Shown here piece by piece: positions 18,296 to 27,922 of a DNA stretch of 64,000 nucleotides. Each line of letters begins with the position of its first letter. Position 1 is the first letter of the stretch. The position numbers and the translations under genes were made by a program. A model generated the notes under the pieces. It was not told the origin of the DNA. It was given only the letters and a program-made list of their open reading frames with translations, and made no database searches. This DNA is from a virus. Lineage: Duplodnaviria; Heunggongvirae; Uroviricota; Caudoviricetes. The stretch is from IMG/VR virus record IMGVR_UViG_3300021963_000024. One strand, written 5' to 3'.

Positions 18296-19333
18296 TTATT
18301 TTAAAATATCCCAATTTAATACCACATCATTAACAAATTTTTTAGTTAGTATAGATGATGTGTGCCCATACCAACTTCTTTCTAAATATTTTTTTTGTTC
18401 GTCTAAATCCATTCCATTCATTTCTCTCCACAATACTTTTGGTAAATCACTATCCATATTGTAATCAAAATTTCTAATTGACCATTCAATTAGACCACCA
18501 AACAAATGTAAGGAATTTTCTTCAAAAAACCAAAAATATTTTTTGAAATCTATTTTATCGGCATATGATTTTACATATGCATTTTCAAATTGTAATTCTT
18601 TTTGTTCCCAAGTATTACAAATATCTTTATTTTCTATAATACATTCGTATACGGATTTTTCCTTTGGTGTATGATAATATGGTGGTGTTCTTCCTTCACC
18701 TAAATATTTTTTACTAAAATTATTATTCATACAAAAAAACTTAATTTTTGTAATTCCTTTATTGTGAAGAAAATCTAAAAGCATGTTCATATATTCAAAC
18801 CATTCAAAATATCTTTCGTTATATGTCATTACTTTATCTAACCATTCAAATGTAACCGGGTCTATATTAATTGGATTATTTGTAGGATTAAATCCACCTG
18901 TTAGGTGAAAATACCCCTGCTGATACGGTGATACTTTATCTTTACCGTTTATCAGATAATCTGTGGTGTGAGCCCAACTTTCATTATACTTTTGATATCT
19001 TAATGCAGGATTTACACTATCGTATTTTTCGGGAGTAATAAAAAAAGAATTTCTTGTCAATGTTGTCCATTGTGCAATTACTGATATATCTTCCGGATTA
19101 ATTCCTTCTTTTAATAAATCCGTAACTTTATAAATTATAGAACGAACAATACTTTTATTATCATGTGTTAGTGCACCATAGTTGTGTAAAACATGAGTCT
19201 TTTGTAAATTATATTGTAACCAATTTGCCCATGTCCAATCTTCTATTGGGTCATTTTCCCATCTCCTTTCATCTCCTATATTAATTCTAAAATTATTTGT
19301 AAATGAACAACCCGATACTACTATATGTTTCAT
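18296..19333 (-). CDS. SGNH-like hydrolase/acyltransferase
   Basis: VSGCSFT nucleophile block, QWTTLTR, C-terminal GHTS. Confidence 0.5.
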   Translation of the reverse strand: MKHIVVSGCSFTNNFRINIGDERRWENDPIEDWTWANWLQYNLQKTHVLHNYGALTHDNKSIVRSIIYKVTDLLKEGINPEDISVIAQWTTLTRNSFFITPEKYDSVNPALRYQKYNESWAHTTDYLINGKDKVSPYQQGYFHLTGGFNPTNNPINIDPVTFEWLDKVMTYNERYFEWFEYMNMLLDFLHNKGITKIKFFCMNNNFSKKYLGEGRTPPYYHTPKEKSVYECIIENKDICNTWEQKELQFENAYVKSYADKIDFKKYFWFFEENSLHLFGGLIEWSIRNFDYNMDSDLPKVLWREMNGMDLDEQKKYLERSWYGHTSSILTKKFVNDVVLNWDILK

Positions 19334-20013
19334 AACATTTTTTTTATTTTATCTTCTAAATAATTTGCCCAATTCTCATGTCCAATTTTATCAGGATGGT
19401 CATTATTTTTTGTATTTGTGTATCCACCAAAAGTATCTTCTAATATTTTATTAAAATAAAAATTAAAAGGTTCTTTACAAGAATCCCAACCAAAAAAATG
19501 AATGTGTTTATATCCATTATGTTCAAGATATGTGTATAAAGAATTTATATAATTTTCAGTTGTTGTTATTTGATATTCCTCATGCAATGCTTTAAGAATA
19601 TATTCATTATAAAAATCCTTATACTCTTTTTTTATTTCTTCATTATCACTTTCTAAATTTTGATTAACATACTGGCCTACACAATTTTTTGATAAACTAT
19701 CCGCTGTTCCGGTTTGTAATGCATTGAAACAATTGGGTGCAACTAAATATAAATTTCTATTATTATATTGTATTGGAATTTCTTTTCTTATATAATGTGT
19801 CCATTGAATTAAAATAATGTCATCTTTTTTTATATGAGTTTTTAAATGTGCAAAAACATTTCTAAAAATATAATCATTAGATTGTCCCGCAGACCCCATA
19901 TTATAAACATTTAATCCCAACTTTTTACCCAATAATATGGGATATGCTTCTGTTTTATTATTTTGCAACCCAACGCCATCCGTAAAGGAGCAACCAAATG
20001 CATACATTTCCAT
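19330..20013 (-). CDS. SGNH-like hydrolase/acyltransferase
   Basis: FGCSFTDG, NMGSAGQSNDYI, IQWT, NDHP..GH. Confidence 0.6.
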   Translation of the reverse strand: MEMYAFGCSFTDGVGLQNNKTEAYPILLGKKLGLNVYNMGSAGQSNDYIFRNVFAHLKTHIKKDDIILIQWTHYIRKEIPIQYNNRNLYLVAPNCFNALQTGTADSLSKNCVGQYVNQNLESDNEEIKKEYKDFYNEYILKALHEEYQITTTENYINSLYTYLEHNGYKHIHFFGWDSCKEPFNFYFNKILEDTFGGYTNTKNNDHPDKIGHENWANYLEDKIKKML

Positions 20014-21011
20014 TATAATCTACTCTTATATTCTTTAATAGATTTCATAATACCTTCCTTTAATGATGTTTGTGGAAGAATACTATATTGTTTTTGTTTT
20101 TTAGAACCTAAACATCTAATTGGGTCACCATTTGTTTTGGTTTCATCCCATACAATAGTTTTGGTTTCTCCTGTTAATTCTTTATAACATTCTACAATAG
20201 TTTCAATTGTTTCTTTAATAGTTACTGCTTCTGCACATCCAAAGTTGATAATATCACTAACTTCCTTTTTAACTACATCAATTGTAGCTTGTGCAACATC
20301 ATCACCAAATACGAAATCTCTACGAGAAGAACCATTACCCCAACATACCATTTCCTCACCCTCTACATTAAATAATTTCCAAATATTAGAACTAATCACC
20401 GTTGCATCTTGTGCAAAGTTATCATTAATACCATATATGTTTGAAGGTCTAATTACTGTCCAATTTTTCCAACCATATTGAACTCTTAAAGAATCCAATG
20501 TTAATTCACCCATTCTTTTTGTCCAACCTGGATGCCAATCTAAACGAGATGGAGTTGATGCCCAAGTTTCTTCCTGATTCCAAGTATCTTCTTCATTCAT
20601 TACTTCTGCCGGCTTATATACACCAACCGATGAAAGATATACAAACCAATCTACCTTTGCATCAAATGATGCTTTAATCATATTAGTATTGAACATCAAC
20701 ATTGGGAATAGGTAATCTGCTGGTTGCGTTGATGAACGAGCCGGTGAACCTTTTACACCCGCGATATGTAATACAATATCAATCTTATCCATAGTGAATA
20801 AATCTTCACAATGAGAAAGATAAGTTAAATCCGTTTTAATTAATACCAATCTATCAGGATGCTGTCCTTTTAGAAAGTTTAAATTTTCACTAAATCTAAG
20901 GTCAACTGCGTATACTTTTGCAGCACCTTCTTCTAAACATTTTTTAACTGCTGGTAATCCGACCAATCCGTTTGCTCCGGTTACAATAACTTTTTTTCCT
21001 GAGAATTCCAT
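20013..21011 (-). CDS. NAD(P)-dependent NDP-sugar epimerase/reductase (GDP-fucose synthase-like SDR)
   Basis: TGANGLVG, RPSNIYGINDNF, CWGNGSSRRDFVFGDD. Confidence 0.85.
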   Translation of the reverse strand: MEFSGKKVIVTGANGLVGLPAVKKCLEEGAAKVYAVDLRFSENLNFLKGQHPDRLVLIKTDLTYLSHCEDLFTMDKIDIVLHIAGVKGSPARSSTQPADYLFPMLMFNTNMIKASFDAKVDWFVYLSSVGVYKPAEVMNEEDTWNQEETWASTPSRLDWHPGWTKRMGELTLDSLRVQYGWKNWTVIRPSNIYGINDNFAQDATVISSNIWKLFNVEGEEMVCWGNGSSRRDFVFGDDVAQATIDVVKKEVSDIINFGCAEAVTIKETIETIVECYKELTGETKTIVWDETKTNGDPIRCLGSKKQKQYSILPQTSLKEGIMKSIKEYKSRL

Positions 21012-22408
21012 AACTTTTCTTTTTCGTAATCTAATTTTATTTTTTGAAATATTTCTTCAAAACATTCGTATTTATCAAATGTATACAAATGATTCTGATT
21101 ATGTATAAGTATTTCTTTTATAGAATAATACCAATTGTGTATTTCTTCTATTGATTTATTTTTTAATTTTTCAATTTCAATTTCAATTTTTTTAATTCTC
21201 TTTTTTCTTTCAATTTCTAAATCATAACTCTCATCAATAAATGGTTCAAATGTTTTGAATCCTAATCTTTTTAATTCTGCCAATGTTCCATAATCACCTA
21301 ATACAATAAATGGTTGTAAATTAGATAATGGTTTAAATATTTTTTCCGATAAGAATACATTTCTACCAAAAAAAGTTTCGGTAACTAAATTTATATATGT
21401 ATCCGTATACCATTCTTTCATATTGTTTTTTGCTCCGAAATGTGCTTTTTGTCTTTCTTCCAAATTTTGTGTATCCAATTCATATGGTATCATTGATTCT
21501 ATCGTATCAATATATTCTTTATTTGGATTATCTATTAAAGATGTAACATTTCTCAATAATTCATCCTTTGATAATTTTTGTATAAAAGAAAATAACCCTT
21601 CCGATAGTAAATCATATTTTATTGAAAAATAGGCCATTGCAACTCTATGTGGTTTAGACATTGTTTTATTATTACACAAAAATTTGTAAGGTCTTATCGC
21701 ATTTTCAGATAAATCTTCTATTCTTGCCAAATCACAAATATATCCTAAATCTCCCTTTTCTGGAAATTTTTTCATCATATCCGCATATCCCTTTATAAAT
21801 AAATGGCCATTATAAATTTTTACTTTACTATGTGGATGTTTTTGATAATATTCTGTAAATTCGCTACCACCTAACACAATAATATTAGACCCATTTATAC
21901 CCAATTTGTTCATTTCTAATTCAAACTCCCTTATATTGTAATCATCATATAATGGGTCGTGTATTATGTTTACTAAAATTTTTACTTTTCCCGATTTAAA
22001 ATATTCAATCATTTCCGTTGGAATAATATCTTTTAGTTTCCAAACATAATTTACATCATTTAAAAAAAATTTATTCTCTGCGGTTAGATAACTTAATGTC
22101 GCTTTTATTTCTAAAGGATAAATGTATGTATATTCATCATCTTCTATCTGTGTAATGTTGATAATATTATTTTCAAAATTTCTTGCAAAATAATTTAATA
22201 ATTCCGAATGGTCAAATGGAATTCCTTTTTGTTCTTGTTCATATTGTAACATTCTATAATAATCTATATTCAAATTATTTCTATGAACATATTGAATAAA
22301 TTGTCTTATTGCAGGATGAATTCCATTACCAAATGGTTTTCTTTCACCACTCTGTATATACCAATCGGTATAAACTAATTTAAATTTAGAACCATGCATA
22401 TGTTCCAT
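20981..22408 (-). CDS. putative glycosyltransferase (GT10-like C-terminal motif)
   Basis: YINLVTETFF..FLSEKIFKPLSNLQPFIVLG resembles the GT10 FENS..TEK..PIVxG motif. Confidence 0.45.
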   Translation of the reverse strand: MEHMHGSKFKLVYTDWYIQSGERKPFGNGIHPAIRQFIQYVHRNNLNIDYYRMLQYEQEQKGIPFDHSELLNYFARNFENNIINITQIEDDEYTYIYPLEIKATLSYLTAENKFFLNDVNYVWKLKDIIPTEMIEYFKSGKVKILVNIIHDPLYDDYNIREFELEMNKLGINGSNIIVLGGSEFTEYYQKHPHSKVKIYNGHLFIKGYADMMKKFPEKGDLGYICDLARIEDLSENAIRPYKFLCNNKTMSKPHRVAMAYFSIKYDLLSEGLFSFIQKLSKDELLRNVTSLIDNPNKEYIDTIESMIPYELDTQNLEERQKAHFGAKNNMKEWYTDTYINLVTETFFGRNVFLSEKIFKPLSNLQPFIVLGDYGTLAELKRLGFKTFEPFIDESYDLEIERKKRIKKIEIEIEKLKNKSIEEIHNWYYSIKEILIHNQNHLYTFDKYECFEEIFQKIKLDYEKEKLWNSQEKKLL

Positions 22409-22409
22409 A

Positions 22410-23393
22410 TTATATTCTATTAACTTTTTTAATACTATCTCTTACATAATAATTATCGTGCAAAAAAATATCAAATAATATATCATTTTTTATATAACCA
22501 GTCTTACACATTAAATCAAAAATATAATCAGGGTATTCATAAGATATTTCGTAATCCATTTGTAAATCAAATACATCTTTTATAAATTGTAATACTCCAT
22601 TTACAATTTTTTCTTTTTCATCAAAAAATAAAACTTCGATATTTTCATTTACAAATTTATTATCAGTAATATCAATATATGTGCCAATTTTATCAGTAAA
22701 AACGCTTTCAAAAAATATTATGTTATCTTTAAAATTCGCTTTATAAAATTCACAAAAACCTTTTGTATCTTTTAATGGTAAATTTCCTTTGTATGTTATA
22801 TATCTACCTTTAAGCTCTACTGCAAATGTGTTTTGAATATTGTATTGTGTTGTTCCCTGAAATCCACTATCAACCATAATTACATTTTTAGAATTACCTA
22901 TAACATCCTTTACATACTTTCCATACTCACTTCTAACTCTTTTCGCGTTGTTCAAAATATCATTAACATATTTACTTAAATTTGGAATTTCTTTAGATGT
23001 ATCAATATCAAAATTATCCTCAATATCTATTCCAAATCTATTCTTCAATAAACCATTTAAATTGCCAGAATATCGGTGTAGTTTAAATGTATCGTATATA
23101 TCTTGTTCCGTTTTTAAAGATGCAATAGTTGATAATTTTCTTGATGTTTTAAAATATTCGTATTTTGGTAAATTATACTTTTCTTTAAACAATTCATATA
23201 TTTTTATAAAAAAATATCCTTCTCTGGAATTAAATAAAACCAAATCACAACCATCTAATTCTTTTCGCAACCAATCAAAAAAATTAAAAACGATTGGTCC
23301 AAAAAAATTATAACCCAAATCTTCAAAAGAGTTTGGGTTTTGTAAATCTCTGTGTTGTAACAATAATTTTATATGTTTATCAATCAATTCCAT
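22410..23393 (-). CDS. glycan-cluster protein resembling the C-terminal part of predicted HAD-superfamily hydrolases
   Basis: LFNSREGYF, TSRK, MVDSGFQGTTQ motifs. Confidence 0.45.
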   Translation of the reverse strand: MELIDKHIKLLLQHRDLQNPNSFEDLGYNFFGPIVFNFFDWLRKELDGCDLVLFNSREGYFFIKIYELFKEKYNLPKYEYFKTSRKLSTIASLKTEQDIYDTFKLHRYSGNLNGLLKNRFGIDIEDNFDIDTSKEIPNLSKYVNDILNNAKRVRSEYGKYVKDVIGNSKNVIMVDSGFQGTTQYNIQNTFAVELKGRYITYKGNLPLKDTKGFCEFYKANFKDNIIFFESVFTDKIGTYIDITDNKFVNENIEVLFFDEKEKIVNGVLQFIKDVFDLQMDYEISYEYPDYIFDLMCKTGYIKNDILFDIFLHDNYYVRDSIKKVNRI

Positions 23394-23820
23394 AAACTTT
23401 AAATGCCGGTATTCCCAAACTATTCCACATTTGTATTATTTCTTCCTCATCATCATATGCACAAAATACATCTGATTTTATTAGAGTTTTATATGCTTTC
23501 TCTTTATAAACAGGAGCTTTTAAAAAATGTGAACTGCGATTTCTCATAATCAATTGGTCATATTCTACACCATATTTTTCCAACCACTCTTCCGTAACCT
23601 TTTCAACCGATTCTGGTCTTCCTGTTAAAACAATAACTTCGAATCCATCTTTCTTATATTTTTTTGCCAAATCAATCATTGGCCAGTTTGGTTTATCTTT
23701 TTCTATAAGGTCTATTCTATGTGCAATATCCCAATCTATTTTTCCATCAGGTTTTGTTGCTAATCTAAATCTTTCATTACTAATACAAAGTGTATTATCT
23801 ATATCAATTATTACTTTCAT
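23380..23820 (-). CDS. HAD phosphatase (T4 PseT/Pnk 3'-phosphatase-domain-like)
   Basis: IIDIDNTL, VLTGRPE, LIMR, AYDDEEE. Confidence 0.8.
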   Translation of the reverse strand: MKVIIDIDNTLCISNERFRLATKPDGKIDWDIAHRIDLIEKDKPNWPMIDLAKKYKKDGFEVIVLTGRPESVEKVTEEWLEKYGVEYDQLIMRNRSSHFLKAPVYKEKAYKTLIKSDVFCAYDDEEEIIQMWNSLGIPAFKVYGID

Positions 23821-25022
23821 AAATCTCTAACTCCTTGCTTTTCGTAACTTACAGGTATTTTAATTCCGGTGTTGCAACCATTGCAATTATCACAAAATGT
23901 AATATATCCTAAGTCAGTATAACCCAAATCAAACTTTAATAGTTCTTCGTTTGAAATTATTTTTATATCAACATAATCATTATCGTTTAATGGAAATAAG
24001 TTTGTTCTAACTGCCGATGTGTTTAGGTGACAATAGTAAAACTTACCATCATTTAATCCTCTAAATGGTGCTGTACATGAATCAAAATGATTTATCAATT
24101 GTTCCGTTGTTCTACCACCCTTTATTCTTAAATCTCCGAAATCATACCATTCAATTTCATTTCTAACATAATGATTGATTCCAACTTCTTTATATTTTTC
24201 TAATACCTTTGTGACTTTCTTTTTTATATTTTCCAGCTTATCGGTATAATCACTTACACTCAAAATAACATCATTTACTTTTAATAAATTAAGCATGCTA
24301 TCTTTTGGTAAAATTGTTCCGTTGGTTGTAATTATTAATTTATCAATTTTATGAATGTAGTTTGTAATAACATATCTAACTACATCTTCAATATTTGGAT
24401 ATAAAAATGGCTCTCCACCTACCAAATGAAACACACTAACATAATCCACTTTATTAAAAAATGAATCAATATCGTTCTTTATTGTATCAACTTCTCTATG
24501 AATTGGTGTTTCAAAATGTGGCATGAACATATTACAATGAGAACAATTTAATGTGCATTTTTCAGTCACCAATACATCCGTTTGAAATATATGAGTTTTG
24601 TTTTTATGTTTGAAAGGCCAAATGGAAGCAATGTGTTTATACCAAGTCCACTTTATATTTTTTTCATCCAATAACTTTTTGTATTTGTTTTTAAATACAT
24701 CGGTTGTAATAATAATTTGTTGATTTAGATTGAAATCATATTCATCCATATTAACCAACTTTAAATTATTTCTATTTGATTGAATTACTTTTGATTCGTG
24801 ATATGCCGAACTTATTTCTTTTATGTTATCCAAAGTATCTTTATCTTTTATAGAATGGTCAACTATGTATTTTATTTTCAATACACCTTCTCCCATTAAT
24901 ATATCCATACTACGAATAAATTGGACACATTCCTTACTTGCACCAAATAAAACATATTCGGTTTCTAAATCCCAATCTTTTGTGAATTTATCAAAATTAT
25001 GTATATCGTTTTGGTATAGCAT
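23817..25022 (-). CDS. radical SAM protein with N-terminal Rossmann-like extension
   Basis: CTLNCSHC, LVGGEPFL, ITTNG, C-terminal FCDNCNGC. Confidence 0.85.
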   Translation of the reverse strand: MLYQNDIHNFDKFTKDWDLETEYVLFGASKECVQFIRSMDILMGEGVLKIKYIVDHSIKDKDTLDNIKEISSAYHESKVIQSNRNNLKLVNMDEYDFNLNQQIIITTDVFKNKYKKLLDEKNIKWTWYKHIASIWPFKHKNKTHIFQTDVLVTEKCTLNCSHCNMFMPHFETPIHREVDTIKNDIDSFFNKVDYVSVFHLVGGEPFLYPNIEDVVRYVITNYIHKIDKLIITTNGTILPKDSMLNLLKVNDVILSVSDYTDKLENIKKKVTKVLEKYKEVGINHYVRNEIEWYDFGDLRIKGGRTTEQLINHFDSCTAPFRGLNDGKFYYCHLNTSAVRTNLFPLNDNDYVDIKIISNEELLKFDLGYTDLGYITFCDNCNGCNTGIKIPVSYEKQGVRDL

Positions 25023-25023
25023 A

Positions 25024-25653
25024 TTAAAATACTACCCACTTACCACTTCCGTAATGTGGATATTTTGATTTATAAGTGTAATGAATAACATCCGATGGAA
25101 TTTCTCTTTTTACATTCCAAGTTGCTTCGGTCGGTGTGTATGTTGAAACGCCATTATCTTCCACAACAAATACAATTGGTAAATTAAAGTTTCTAGAATA
25201 TTTGTGAACTTCATAGAAGATACCACTTTCGAAAGACATGTCACCTATAAATACAAATACTTTTTCATCACTACCCCTTTCTTTAATTCCCATTGCGACG
25301 CCTAATGCAATGGATAATGTCCCACCAACTATTGCAGATGAATAAAACTTTTCATCAATATTACAAAGAGTAATAGATTTTCCTTTTAGAATTTCTTCTT
25401 CAATCCAAACGGGACAAACTCCCTTTAATAGTGCATGGTAATGAGAACGCCAAGTTGAAAATACCCAATCGGTAGTTTTTATTCTACTGAAAATTTCTAT
25501 TAGTTGTTCTTCGTTTCCGTTTGAAAGATGGATAGGTCCTCTAATTTTTCCTTCTTCCCAATGTTTTACTATTAGATTTTCAAAATCAATTAATGTTTCT
25601 GCAGTTTGTTCAATAGGTCTAACTATTGAATATTGTTCTAAATTTTTTATCAT
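25024..25653 (-). CDS. TPP-dependent dehydrogenase E1-alpha-like subunit (short)
   Basis: GPIHLSNG, STWRSH, TPP motif FIGDMSFESG..VVEDNG. Confidence 0.85.
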   Translation of the reverse strand: MIKNLEQYSIVRPIEQTAETLIDFENLIVKHWEEGKIRGPIHLSNGNEEQLIEIFSRIKTTDWVFSTWRSHYHALLKGVCPVWIEEEILKGKSITLCNIDEKFYSSAIVGGTLSIALGVAMGIKERGSDEKVFVFIGDMSFESGIFYEVHKYSRNFNLPIVFVVEDNGVSTYTPTEATWNVKREIPSDVIHYTYKSKYPHYGSGKWVVF

Positions 25654-26198
25654 TATCTATCTCTTTTTTGTAATATAGGTTTATCGGTCGGCCATTCCAT
25701 TTGAAACTCCGGGTCATTCCATTTCACAACATATTGTTCGTTTGCATCAACATAACCATCTTTGTAAAATAAGTTATAGTGAAACATACAATCAGTTAAT
25801 GCGTAGTGTCCGTTTGCGAATCCTGGTGGAATTAAAACCTGGTTTCTCAATCTTTCTGAAATTATATACGATTCCCACTCACCATAGGTATCGGATGTTT
25901 CTCTCATATCCAAAACAACTAAGTAGATATCACCTACTACTGCCTGAACTAATTTCCATGTCTTTTTATCCCAATGTAATCCTCTTAGGACACCTTTGTA
26001 TGAACGAGAAAATCTTCCGTGAATTGAAATTTCTTCTTTATCATAATGAATATGCCTCATTACAGGATGTTCTTCTGAATGAAAGGTTGTAAATATTTCA
26101 CCTCTATATTCTCTAAACACCGATGGTTGAAACGATGGAACTTGATATCCAAATTTCTTAGATGGTGTTTCTATAAATTCATCCCACTTATTACTCAT
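25653..26198 (-). CDS. rfbC: dTDP-4-dehydrorhamnose 3,5-epimerase family (cupin)
   Basis: YRGEIF, SRSYKGVLRGLHW, LIPPGFANGH, VKWNDPEFQMEWP. Confidence 0.9.
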   Translation of the reverse strand: MSNKWDEFIETPSKKFGYQVPSFQPSVFREYRGEIFTTFHSEEHPVMRHIHYDKEEISIHGRFSRSYKGVLRGLHWDKKTWKLVQAVVGDIYLVVLDMRETSDTYGEWESYIISERLRNQVLIPPGFANGHYALTDCMFHYNLFYKDGYVDANEQYVVKWNDPEFQMEWPTDKPILQKRDR

Positions 26199-26199
26199 A

Positions 26200-27171
26200 C
26201 TATGTTTGATTTGCGTAACCTAAAGGAAATCCGTTTCTAAATTCTGCTCCCATTTTTGGAACAATCATTTGATATGCCATTATAAGTTGTTTTATTCCTC
26301 TATCCAAATCCCATTCTGGCTTCCAACCCGTAGCTTCTACTTTTGTATTGGAAACTATATAATCTCTTTTATCCGGGTCTTCGTAATAATCATTATATGA
26401 TATTGCAAAATCTTTTACATGAGATTGTATTTTTTCCAAAAGTTCTTTTTTTGAAAGATTTGCAGAACTCAATCCTATATTAAAAACTTCATTTTTATAT
26501 TTATCATAATTTTTTAACATAAAAAGAAATACATTTGCAACATCTTCAATGTGTATATAGTTTCTTTTAAAATTTTTTTCAAACACAACAATGTATTTGT
26601 CTGTAATTGCTTTATATGTAAAATCGTTCACCAATAGGTCGGTTCTCATTCTAGGTGATACTCCGAATACAGTTGCTAATCTGAAAATAATTGCATCCGT
26701 AGATGTTCTTAAAAAGTTCTCAGCTTCACATTTAGTTTGTCCGTAAACGGATATTGGATTCAACGGCGATTCTTCATCACACTCCGTTTGTCCTTGCCCA
26801 AGTCCATATCCACTATTAGTATTTGGATAAAGAATTTTTTTATCTTTACCATTTGTAAATTTAACTATATTTACAATTTGATTAAAATTTATCTCTCTTG
26901 CTAATTTTGGGTCTGCGGCACATGCTGGAAATCCTACAATTGCTGCTAATGGAATAATAACATCAACTTCATTACATAGTTTTTCCAATAACACCTCATT
27001 ACGAACATCTCCGTAAATAAATTTGAATTTTGAATTAGAAGTATATTGTAATAACGAAGTTTGATTAAATAATAATTTATCTAATACAACCACATCATAT
27101 CCTTCTTCTAACATTTTACCAACAATAACCGAACCCAAATATCCGGCACCACCTGTTATTAAAATCTTCAT
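26200..27171 (-). CDS. NAD-dependent epimerase/dehydratase (extended SDR)
   Basis: TGGAGYLG, YGQTK (YxxxK), FRLATVFGVSPRMRTDLLVN. Confidence 0.88.
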   Translation of the reverse strand: MKILITGGAGYLGSVIVGKMLEEGYDVVVLDKLLFNQTSLLQYTSNSKFKFIYGDVRNEVLLEKLCNEVDVIIPLAAIVGFPACAADPKLAREINFNQIVNIVKFTNGKDKKILYPNTNSGYGLGQGQTECDEESPLNPISVYGQTKCEAENFLRTSTDAIIFRLATVFGVSPRMRTDLLVNDFTYKAITDKYIVVFEKNFKRNYIHIEDVANVFLFMLKNYDKYKNEVFNIGLSSANLSKKELLEKIQSHVKDFAISYNDYYEDPDKRDYIVSNTKVEATGWKPEWDLDRGIKQLIMAYQMIVPKMGAEFRNGFPLGYANQT

Positions 27172-27172
27172 A

Positions 27173-27922
27173 TTAAAAGTATATATTGTGTTCTATATAA
27201 AATTGTGGATAGTTTCCGCTAAATGATAAATCCCAAACTTTATATCGGTTGTGATGATTAAAATCACAAAAAAATGCAAAATGCGGTCTTAATGCAAAAT
27301 CATAGTTTAATTTCTTTAAATCATTAAAAACCGTATGGCTGTATTTATCTGTGTAGTTATCTGCTATATCTTGTAATTCAACTATTTTTAATTTCTTATC
27401 TAATAGAAAACACAATTTGTATTCAAACTTACCATATCCCCTATGCTCTTCGGGTCCTATCATACTCCCACAACCAAACCAATAAAAAGCATGTTCATAT
27501 GATTGTTTTTCATCATCTCCAAAATGTATGGTTCCAACCAATTTTCCATTAAAATAACAATCTATCTTTCTATCTTCAAACTGGTCACATATCATTGAGT
27601 ATTCATTAAATTCACCAACTTCTTCGGGAAGTAAACCATGAAATACTTGCTTAACAACAGATTCTCCATTTGGTGTTCTAAACCAATAACTAAATGAAAC
27701 ATTTACATTATCAAATTGGTCTTTGAATGCCGATATCCCAGAATGCATTCCATTTCTTGCAAACATAAAAGATTGATTAATATCCAAATCTTCTAAAAAT
27801 ACTTTTGCGGATAGATGTAAAGAAAAATCTTCTTCCATCCATTTATCAATTCTATTTGATACAGAATACCTACTTTCAGGTAAAATAAAAAATATATTAT
27901 CCTTATCTACTTTTAAACTCAT
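27173..27922 (-). CDS. stand-alone LamG/ConA-like beta-sandwich protein
   Basis: FSLHLSA, HSGISA, IDCYFNGKLVG, YWFGCGS; same pattern as the LamG inserts of the neighbouring GT7 proteins. Confidence 0.5.
   Translation of the reverse strand: MSLKVDKDNIFFILPESRYSVSNRIDKWMEEDFSLHLSAKVFLEDLDINQSFMFARNGMHSGISAFKDQFDNVNVSFSYWFRTPNGESVVKQVFHGLLPEEVGEFNEYSMICDQFEDRKIDCYFNGKLVGTIHFGDDEKQSYEHAFYWFGCGSMIGPEEHRGYGKFEYKLCFLLDKKLKIVELQDIADNYTDKYSHTVFNDLKKLNYDFALRPHFAFFCDFNHHNRYKVWDLSFSGNYPQFYIEHNIYF

Noticed and set aside
16757-25653. Pyruvate dehydrogenase as a central-metabolism auxiliary gene
   Set aside because: Both subunits are truncated, no E2/E3 is present, and they are embedded among NDP-sugar enzymes.
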